Below, one piece after another: positions 50,979-58,649 of a DNA stretch of 64,000 bases. Position 1 is the stretch's first letter, and each line of letters starts with the position of its first letter. The DNA comes from Longimicrobiales bacterium (GTDB taxonomy: Bacteria > Gemmatimonadota > Gemmatimonadetes > Longimicrobiales > Gaopeijiaceae), in the NCBI GenBank assembly GCA_965202805.1, contig OZ241869.1:320001-384000 (forward strand), in the 5' to 3' direction. Made by a program: the position numbers and the translations under genes. A model generated the notes under the pieces. That model ran no database searches. It was not told the DNA's origin and saw only the letters and a program-made list of their open reading frames with translations.

Positions 50979-52325
50979 ATGTCGAAGCATCAGTTCAGCC
51001 GCAGAACCTTCTTGAGAGGCGCGGGAGCCACGGCGGTTCTCGGCGCGGTGGGGGCCCGGCCGGGCGGACTCGGGGGGCCGGCCGAACTGCTGGCGTCGAC
51101 TTCGCGGGCCGACTTCGACTTCGACGAGATCTACGACCGCCGCGGCACCGACTGTACCAAGTGGGACCGCGCGATCGAGATGTTCGGGGAAGGCCTCGAG
51201 GTGGGCATGGGCATCGCCGACATGGACTTCCGCGCCGCCCCCTGCATTACCGAGGCCCTCGCGAAGCGCTGCGAGCACGAGAACTGGGGATACCTGGTGC
51301 GACCCGCCTCCTACACCCAGGCCATCGCCGATTGGAACCATCGGCGCTACGGCCTCGAGGTCGACCCCTCCACCATCGAGCTCACCACGGGCGTGCACCC
51401 CGGGCTGATCGCGGCGCTCCACGCCTTCTCGCCGCCGGGGTCGCGGGTGCTCATGAACACCCCCACCTACAACGGCTTCTACAGCGACCTGCGCTTCACC
51501 CGCACGATCGCCGAGGACAGCGAGATGTACGTCGAGAACGGCCGCTACATGGTCGACTGGGACGACTTCGAGCGGCGCGCCACCCGCGTCAACAGCTTCC
51601 TCCTGTGCAATCCCCAGAACCCCACGGGCAACTGCTGGTCCGAGGAAGATCTGCTGCGCATGGGCGAGATCTGCCTCAGGAACCGGGTCATCGTGCTCGC
51701 CGACGAGATCCACTGCGACTTCGTGACCGCCGACAACAAGTACACGCCCTTCGCGAGCCTGCCCGACAAGGAGATCGTCGACAACAGCCTCACCTTCAAG
51801 GCCGCGAGCAAGACGTTCAGCCTCGCCGCCATGAAGGCCGCCTGGTACTTCTCCACCAACGCCAATCTGATGGCGCGCGCCCGCTCCTACACCCGGGCCG
51901 ACCTGAGCACGCTGGGCATGGAGGCCAACCGGGCCGCCCTCACCGACGGCGACGAGTGGCTCGACCAGCTTCTGCTCTACCTCGACGGCAACCACGACCT
52001 CGCCGAGTCCTACCTGAAGAACGTCCCGGGAGTGAACTACACCAAGGCCCAGGGCACCTATCTGGCCTGGCTGGACGTGAACGGGCTGATGGACAAGGTG
52101 GGCGCCCGGGAGAAGGCGGCAGAAGAGAACAAGACTTCAGAGTCCGTGGTCACGCCCGAGCAGATCATGCAGCGCTGGTTCGCCGAAAACGCCAGGATCT
52201 ATCTGAATCCCGGGCACTCCTACGGCACCGGCGGCAGCGGCCGCATGCGCATGAACCTGGCCACCTCGCGCGTCCTGGTGGAGAAGGCGCTCGACAACCT
52301 TGGTGAGGCGGTGGCGGCGGTTTAG
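50979..52325 (+). CDS. MalY/PatB-family PLP-dependent C-S lyase/aminotransferase with Tat signal
   Basis: SRRTFLR Tat motif; IADMDF, LCNPQNPTG, DEIHCDF, SKTFSLA, GTYLAWLD; SD GAGGAGG. Confidence 0.9.
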   Translation: MSKHQFSRRTFLRGAGATAVLGAVGARPGGLGGPAELLASTSRADFDFDEIYDRRGTDCTKWDRAIEMFGEGLEVGMGIADMDFRAAPCITEALAKRCEHENWGYLVRPASYTQAIADWNHRRYGLEVDPSTIELTTGVHPGLIAALHAFSPPGSRVLMNTPTYNGFYSDLRFTRTIAEDSEMYVENGRYMVDWDDFERRATRVNSFLLCNPQNPTGNCWSEEDLLRMGEICLRNRVIVLADEIHCDFVTADNKYTPFASLPDKEIVDNSLTFKAASKTFSLAAMKAAWYFSTNANLMARARSYTRADLSTLGMEANRAALTDGDEWLDQLLLYLDGNHDLAESYLKNVPGVNYTKAQGTYLAWLDVNGLMDKVGAREKAAEENKTSESVVTPEQIMQRWFAENARIYLNPGHSYGTGGSGRMRMNLATSRVLVEKALDNLGEAVAAV

Positions 52326-52365
52326 AGCGGGAGCGCGGGACGGCCGGGTTTGCCGGTCGAATAAG

Positions 52366-52407
52366 AAGACGGCGGCGGGTCGCACTTATCGGACCCGCCG
52401 CCGTCTT
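52366..52407. terminator. Rho-independent terminator-like hairpin
   Basis: 16-bp stem AAGACGGCGGCGGGTC / GACCCGCCGCCGTCTT downstream of the MalY gene. Confidence 0.75.
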
Positions 52408-52637
52408 GTTCGGAGTTCGCGAACTGATGATTACTGTCGGATACTGTCTTTTACTGGTAATATCGAGGTACTGGTTGAGTGCCCCGGGATCGACGCCGTC
52501 GATCTGGACGTTTGCGAGCCCCGGGTGAGACGGAGAGGCTGCTTGAGAGTATACTGGGGAGCGGCGGCGTCCGCCGGGATGAGATGCAAGAGACCGGGAG
52601 CCATCGGAATGCGTGAGATCATCTGGAGTTCGACGGT

Positions 52638-52921
52638 TTGAGTCCCCAGCGCCCCTACTGGAGCCCCGAAGCCCTTCGGCAGCAGATCGAGCTGGGCGAA
52701 GACAGCCAGTTCGAGCTCAAGGAGGCGTTCTTCGAGAAGGGGCGCGTCACCGAGCCGCGGAAGGAGCGGGTCGCGAACGAGTTGGCGGCAACAGGGGTTG
52801 GTACGCAGCGTGGATCGTAGCCGTCAAGAAGGAGTACGGTATGTCGGTCGACCCCGCCGAACGCGACTCGCTGGCCGCGATGCTAGCAGCGGACTCAAGC
52901 CGCAGCGTCACCTGCCCTTGA
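52638..52921 (+). pseudogene. Chimeric relic: AlbA_2/Schlafen-like N-terminal fragment abutting a DUF1524/HNH-like C-terminal fragment
   Basis: LRQQIELGEDSQFELKE...VANELAA ends abruptly; another frame gives WYAAWIVAVKKEYGMSVDPAERDSLAAML. Confidence 0.5.
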
Positions 52922-53020
52922 AAAGCACAGGAGCAGCGGCTATCCACTGACACGGGCTGTTCCTGATCCCTCACGCACGGGCCGTTTTGCTGCCCGTAAA
53001 CCCATTTTGCGCCCTCGGGG

Positions 53021-53049
53021 TTGAAAACTCTGTCTGGAGGGCCTATCCT
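53021..53049 (+). promoter_or_regulatory. Sigma70-type promoter candidate
   Basis: TTGAAA - 17 nt - TATCCT. Confidence 0.5.
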
Positions 53050-53130
53050 TGTGGTGCAGGAGCGCAAAACGCGACGCGGGCCAACTCCCGGTAGAGCGAG
53101 ACCCGCGCCGCGCGAGCGCAAAAACACGGA

Positions 53131-53237
53131 GGAGGGACCAATGAGTCGGCGGTTCCACTTGGACGACATCCAAGCGACAGGGGGGTTCAAATCCCCCGGT
53201 AGCGGCTGCGCTAGCAACGCAGCCGCTACCCCCTCCA
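53131..53237 (+). ncRNA. Structured leader / tRNA-like element
   Basis: Closing stem GGAGGG/CCCTCC, hairpin CTTGGA/TCCAAG, T-arm-like GGGGG-TTCAAAT-CCCCC, 13-bp hairpin GGTAGCGGCTGCG/CGCAGCCGCTACC. Confidence 0.4.
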
Positions 53238-53301
53238 TCCTGTTTACGCTATAGCAACTAATACAAGGTATGCGGAGAGGAACGCAACCGAGGGAAGAAA
53301 C

Positions 53302-53775
53302 ATGAACGAGTCTTTTGGAGCCCGCGTGGCGCGATTCGAGCGACATGTGACGGAAGCGCAGGAGTATTTGGCAAACCTCGCTAGCGCAGAGCGGGCGCAC
53401 CTAAAATCCGCCGAGCGGCTTGAAGCAGCCAAGATTGCGCTCGAAGAACATATGGCTAGATGGCTTGTACCCGAGGAATCCGAGACTCGACAACAGAGCA
53501 GAGAGGTGGCAGTGTTGGACATCTTGGCCAAGAGACAAGGTGAAATCATCGCGAACTCGCAGATCATCGAGGCATTGATAGCGCGACGAGACGACGCGTC
53601 GCCCAAGACGCTCAACTCGGCCGTGTCACGTATTCTGTCCAAGTTGGCGGAGCGGGGTGAGATCCGGCGCATTGGGCAGGGTAAATGGCAGTACGACGTA
53701 CGGTTGCCCGCGCGGGAAGTTTTCGGTGCCGTGGCCGAAGTGAAAGCCCCAGTTTCTCGTTCTGTTCATGGATAA
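53302..53775 (+). CDS. Hypothetical protein: N-terminal coiled coil plus C-terminal winged-HTH-like domain
   Basis: AVSRILSKLAERGEIRRIGQGKWQY wing motif; GAGGG SD. Confidence 0.6.
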   Translation: MNESFGARVARFERHVTEAQEYLANLASAERAHLKSAERLEAAKIALEEHMARWLVPEESETRQQSREVAVLDILAKRQGEIIANSQIIEALIARRDDASPKTLNSAVSRILSKLAERGEIRRIGQGKWQYDVRLPAREVFGAVAEVKAPVSRSVHG

Positions 53776-53820
53776 CTCCAACCAAAACCGTGACGAACGG
53801 AGGTTGCTGCGAGCGATGAT

Positions 53821-54213
53821 TTGGCCGATCTTGGACCCCCTCCCGAGGAGGGGTTGATGGAGTGGTGGCAGGTGATGATCTGCCTGGTGGTGGCGATCCT
53901 AACATTCAGGGTAACCGCCACGATCAACGTCACCGAGTTGATGAAACTCCGAGATGAGAGAAGGATAAGACATCTCCGAAGCCTGTGCCCTCACACAGAG
54001 CTTGAGGTCAAGGGTGACGAAATCAGGGTCCAGTCAACGGTTATCAGTCCGATGATGACCCCGGATTGGATCTGCAAGAATTGCGGGATGCGCTTCCGTG
54101 GAGGACGGGAACAAGCCGCAGATGTCGCTCACTACTGGGGTCAGAACCCCAAACTGTGGATACGTCAGATCAAGAAGTACCAGAAGTACTTCCGCAAGCA
54201 CTTCCGCACCTAA
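53821..54213 (+). CDS. Hypothetical protein with N-terminal TM helix and putative Zn ribbon
   Basis: WWQVMICLVVAILTF; CPH...CKNCG; real start may be at MEWWQ after GAGGAGG. Confidence 0.55.
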   Translation: MADLGPPPEEGLMEWWQVMICLVVAILTFRVTATINVTELMKLRDERRIRHLRSLCPHTELEVKGDEIRVQSTVISPMMTPDWICKNCGMRFRGGREQAADVAHYWGQNPKLWIRQIKKYQKYFRKHFRT

Positions 54214-54354
54214 AAATAGCACCCCTCCCCGCGTCCTGATTCCGGGCCGTTTCGAGCCCGAAAACACCCACGGAAAGCACCGATTCATGGTCTATTTATG
54301 CCGTAAGGTATACCATCCGGTATAGGCCCCTTCTCATTCCACTCCGAACTACCG

Positions 54355-54707
54355 ATGACCGTGTTCTGCGCCGCGCCGGGCCATCGAGCCGGGGTGACGC
54401 GCGACTGGCGCGCGACTTCCGAACTGTCGGTGGAGCTGGAGCCCCTGAGGGAGGGCGGCTCGATGGTGTTCACCGAGGGCACCCAGCACCTTCCGGCCTT
54501 GCAGGGGCGTCTCAACCCGATCCTGGACGACCTGGACCGCATGTACGTCTACGTTACCAACGTGGGCATCGACGGCGGCAAGCGGCATCCGGTCCACTTC
54601 AAGCTGGGTCAGACGCTGCGCATGACGGACGTGCACGGTTTCCGCCTGATGGTGCGATTCGTGGATATGGGGGGAGATCGGCGCTGGTGGAGTACTGGCC
54701 GGGGTGA
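54355..54707 (+). pseudogene. Probable gene fragment with a frameshift at a G6 run
   Basis: Good codon usage up to VRFVDM; shifting frame at G6 (54669-54674) gives GRSALVEYWPG-stop. Confidence 0.3.
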
Positions 54708-54994
54708 GGGATGGCAGCGGGGATTGTGCCGTTGCGTTTCGGTGGTCCCGTCGCGTCTCACGGCGGGTGCTTAGCCGGACCGCCAGCGTGACCGGGGTGT
54801 TGTCGGTTCGCTTGTGTGCCGAACCTTGACGGGGCGTTTACCGACGACCCCGTTCTAACCTCTCGTACACGGCATCCAAAACGTGGTGGATCACAGCGTT
54901 CGTCACCGCCAGCGCTTCTAGGGTAGGGTCGATCTGCCCCCCTGATCTCGACGCGCGGCTGGAACATCGCGAGCTTTCCTTAAGGAGTCCGCGG

Positions 54995-56311
54995 TTGCGG
55001 CGCGGCCGAGCGATAACATTAGGGAGACCCAGAATCGTGATGCTCGAGGAGGAGCCACTCGACCGATTCCGGCAGCGTGCCCTCGCCCTAGCGTGCCGGA
55101 TGCGGTTCGATCCGTTCTTGGTGAACGAAGCGATCGCCACGCTGACCTGTAGCCTCGGGACGGAGTGGGTTGCCAATGAGGCTAACACCCAACAGCGCGG
55201 GACGCCGTGGCCGTTCCGGGACCATCCCGTCGGGCAGATGATTCACGTAGCGGGAGAGCGATCCGTTGCAGAGGCCCTTGAACTCGCTCACTACCTTAAG
55301 ACAGCGGCTAGTTCCCAGGCATTTCCGACCTTGGTAGCCGGGATCAAGGCGAGAGACAACGCGCAGTACCGGCATACACTGCTCCAGTTGGCCTTTCACG
55401 ATCGGTTCGCCCTGTTGGCGGATGATCCTCCGATACTTGAGCCGCCTACCGACGGAGGGCGCGTCGCTGATATCCAGTTTCGTCGATTGGACCGCCTCTA
55501 TCTGGTAGAGTGCTACGCGCGGAGGGAGGGGACTAGGGCGGCCGACGAGACGGACTGGCTCATGGAGAAAACGCTGAACGCGATCAACGACTTGGAGGGA
55601 GTCTTCTCGATCGCGATTCAGCTTCATTCGATGCCGAACGCTGCGGAGCGGAAGGAATTGCGCGGGCAGATCGTCGCGGCAGCAAAGCGACTCGACGCGA
55701 TGTGCCGAAGTGGCGCGCGGGCTCCCTCGGAACTGATCGAGTCGGATGCTGCTCGCACCTCCGTATGGAAGAGGCGTCCCAGTCGGCTGGGACGGCGTTC
55801 CCCCCTTTATGTGCATCCCTCTTTCCCAGACTTAGGGGATCCTGATCGACTCATCGTGGGAGAGGAGGTCTCCGAGAGGGCCATAAGGGGACTCAATCCG
55901 ACTACAATGCGGGGCACGCTCGTAGGCCATGTAGCTGTCTGGTTGCCCGCCGGTCAGGTGGGCGTACCGGAAACCGTTGACGAGCAAGTACTTCAGCTCG
56001 TAGGGAAGATGAGGACCAAGCTGGCCCAGACGCGTTCGAGGGACGCTCACCGAGTGCTGATCGTGGATACATGGACGGCACACTCGCAATTCAGGCTTTC
56101 AGAGGAAGCTGAAGCGAAGGTGAAACGAGCTATCTTTGGCGGGCATTCGAATGTGGCCGGTGTGCTCTTGGTGACAAGGCACTTCGACGAGCATGTGAAG
56201 CGCCACAGGTATGAGATGAAGCCTCTCGCGAACGTCGTGTTGGGCGGTTCCGCGATTGTAGATCTTGTTGCGCTAGAGTCTGAGTTGACAGTTCCGGAGA
56301 TCCTGTCCTGA
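54995..56311 (+). CDS. Hypothetical protein, possible PD-(D/E)xK-like fold
   Basis: 438-aa ORF; ILEPP..GRVADIQF...YLVECY motif and a later RTKLAQ...VLIVD segment typical of restriction-endonuclease-like proteins; start uncertain. Confidence 0.55.
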   Translation: MRRGRAITLGRPRIVMLEEEPLDRFRQRALALACRMRFDPFLVNEAIATLTCSLGTEWVANEANTQQRGTPWPFRDHPVGQMIHVAGERSVAEALELAHYLKTAASSQAFPTLVAGIKARDNAQYRHTLLQLAFHDRFALLADDPPILEPPTDGGRVADIQFRRLDRLYLVECYARREGTRAADETDWLMEKTLNAINDLEGVFSIAIQLHSMPNAAERKELRGQIVAAAKRLDAMCRSGARAPSELIESDAARTSVWKRRPSRLGRRSPLYVHPSFPDLGDPDRLIVGEEVSERAIRGLNPTTMRGTLVGHVAVWLPAGQVGVPETVDEQVLQLVGKMRTKLAQTRSRDAHRVLIVDTWTAHSQFRLSEEAEAKVKRAIFGGHSNVAGVLLVTRHFDEHVKRHRYEMKPLANVVLGGSAIVDLVALESELTVPEILS

Positions 56312-57394
56312 CCAGTGGCTCTCGCCGATGTTCCTTCCGCCGTGACCTAGCTCGACACGCCGGGGTGGAGACGGGGGTTGCGAATCGGTTCGGTCCCGGG
56401 TCCTCTCGTGGCACCATGGGACTTCAGTCACTCCAGGTCAAACACGGGCGACCGACCTGCCCTTGACGGAGCGCGCCGGGACGAAGAGAGTTCGTCGTCC
56501 ATCCGAAGGCTGGCACGACTAGTGGAAGGCCACCATCCGAAGGCGCATCGGTGAGAGCCCACAGCCGTTTCCTCTAACTGTGCCACACCACCTACTCATG
56601 TATCGAGTCGGCTAGGGCGATCTGCGTTTCCGCAGCCATCGGGTGAGGACCGTTTGGGTGAGCCGTCTGGCGGTTGATGTCGCGCTCAGCCGGGCATAGG
56701 GCTGCCGGCAGGGTGACAGGTGCAGGACCAACGGGCGACGGCCGAGTATCCGTGGGTGTGGCCGGGGTTACCATCGCAACGCTCGGCGGACAGCTGCGAT
56801 GGTGGTCAGGAACCAGCCCAGTGGTCGGCGACCTGTGTATCCCGATGGGCCTCCAGTACCTCCGTTGGACGAACCACCAGCACGAACACACGTTGGCGAT
56901 CTGCTGCGATGCGCCTCACCATGTCCTGACTCGTCTGGAGACCGAACGGCGTGGGGCACCCCTCGTCCTTCGGATGGACCTGGCAGGCTCGTGGGCATTG
57001 GAAGGAAGCATCCAGCCAATCTACCGACCCTTGGCGGTTCGAAGTGCGTCGGTGAGGCTCTCCAAGCCCAGCGCCACGCCCATGCCGAGTGGCGGACCGG
57101 ACGGGCCGAACCTTGGCGTGTCGATTGGTCGGAGTCGAGGGCTGAGCTTGGACGGCGTCGCAAGTTGCATCCCGACGCTGCCGAGTGGTTGCACTATTCT
57201 GAGGTGGACGAGGTCCTGGACGTGTTTGGGGAAGCGCCTGCTAGGAAACTCGCTTTCCGTTTGCTATCCGATCCTGAAAAGCCCGGAATGCGGTATCGAA
57301 TGGCGGGAATCGGGGAGGGTGGCCTTGCCGCCGGGTCGAGGTAGTCGGGTAACCCATCAGGCCGTTTTCGTACAGCCGGTTCCGTGTCCTCCGC

Positions 57395-57904
57395 TCACCT
57401 GAACTGAGCTGCACGTAACCTCGTCCATGCCCGCCTCCACGGCGGAAGCCGTGCGCGGTCATAACGCTCGCCCGTTCGCTTGACGCGGTGCCTCATCACA
57501 TCGCGGAGGGGCATCTTCAGCCTGCGCGTGGCAAACCGCAGGGCGTGCTCCGGGTCATGCTCCTCCAGCCACATCCAATAGCCGCGATCCGCTTCCTCTG
57601 AAAACTGTCTGACCTCTGGAGCGAGCTTCCTGTAGGACTCGTACATGGCTTCCGCGTAGTCGGCGTTCCGAGCCCGTCGAATCCTCTTGGCGATCTTACG
57701 GCCATCATGGCTGACCGGGAGCGGCAATAACCGCTTGGGACCGGTAAACCACAGAAGCCAAGCGGCCAGAGAGCCGATCCCGGCGATTACAAGCCAACGC
57801 CAGTCGCCGAGCGGAAAGATGGGCTCCATGAAAAAGGATGCAGCCGCTGCCGCGACTACGCTGACTCCAGAGATGACCGCGTACCGCATGCCTACACCTC
57901 CCAC
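57395..57904 (-). CDS. Hypothetical membrane protein
   Basis: Two N-terminal TM segments and a basic soluble tail. Confidence 0.5.
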   Translation of the reverse strand: MGGVGMRYAVISGVSVVAAAAASFFMEPIFPLGDWRWLVIAGIGSLAAWLLWFTGPKRLLPLPVSHDGRKIAKRIRRARNADYAEAMYESYRKLAPEVRQFSEEADRGYWMWLEEHDPEHALRFATRRLKMPLRDVMRHRVKRTGERYDRARLPPWRRAWTRLRAAQFR

Positions 57905-57916
57905 TCGGCGACGCTC

Positions 57917-58537
57917 TTAGAAGAGACCTCGGATAAGCTCGCAAAGGAGCTCGAAGGCAGCCTGTTTAGCGATAAACTTGACGGTTTTCTCGACCAGTCC
58001 TCGTTGTACCCATCGTCTCTTGTCAGCATGAGTAGCTATCTCTTCGTGAACATATTGTGCGGCGGATTCCTCGGGCTCCCCTTGATCCATCCGCTTCATG
58101 GCTTCGTTGGCGATCCCCCGCGCTCGTCGCTCGATCACGAGGTTGAATGTCGGAGCGTCTCGCGTTAGCTGCTCCATCACACGGTTGAACACCACAGCGT
58201 TCCGCGCTAGCTGGTCCATCGCCCGGTTGAATGCCGGAGCGTCCCGCGCTAGCTGCTCCATCACACGGTTGAAGGCCTCAGCCGCCCGCGCTGTTTGCAC
58301 TATCGCCCCACGATTTGCCATCGCTTGCGTGGATGCTTCAGCCACCCGCGCTGCCTGCTCCATCGCTGGCGCAGCTGCCTCAGCCGCCCGCGCTACCTGA
58401 TCGATCACCCCGCGATTTGCCATCGCTTGCGTGGATGCTTCAGCCGCCCGCGCTGCCTGCTCCATCGCTGGCGCAGCTGTCTCAGCTGCCCGCGCTACCT
58501 GATCGATAATGCGCCTTAGTTCGCTATTGTCCATCAC
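57917..58537 (-). CDS. Hypothetical alanine-rich tandem-repeat helical protein
   Basis: Two near-identical 34-aa (102-bp) repeats followed by 14-aa FNRxMEQLxRDA repeats. Confidence 0.6.
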   Translation of the reverse strand: MMDNSELRRIIDQVARAAETAAPAMEQAARAAEASTQAMANRGVIDQVARAAEAAAPAMEQAARVAEASTQAMANRGAIVQTARAAEAFNRVMEQLARDAPAFNRAMDQLARNAVVFNRVMEQLTRDAPTFNLVIERRARGIANEAMKRMDQGEPEESAAQYVHEEIATHADKRRWVQRGLVEKTVKFIAKQAAFELLCELIRGLF

Positions 58538-58649
58538 CTGTCATTCCCCCCAAAGCCGGTTTTCCGCAAGAAACCGGATGGAACCCGAAAGGTGACCCCC
58601 ACCGGAACCCCGCATCGCTGCCAGCCCGTGTTCACCCTTTCAGACCCGG

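Noticed and set aside
50727..52430. tRNA-Leu as the integration site of the downstream island
   Set aside because: A native-looking gene and terminator lie between them, no integrase is present, and no duplication of the tRNA 3' end was seen beyond the generic GGGTTCAAATCCC T-arm match near 53183.
56330..57400. ORFs 56674-57402 and 56799-57344, and the 12-bp repeat CCATCCGAAGGC (56499, 56533)
   Set aside because: These look like frameshifted relics with no recognisable family; the repeat is too short to interpret.
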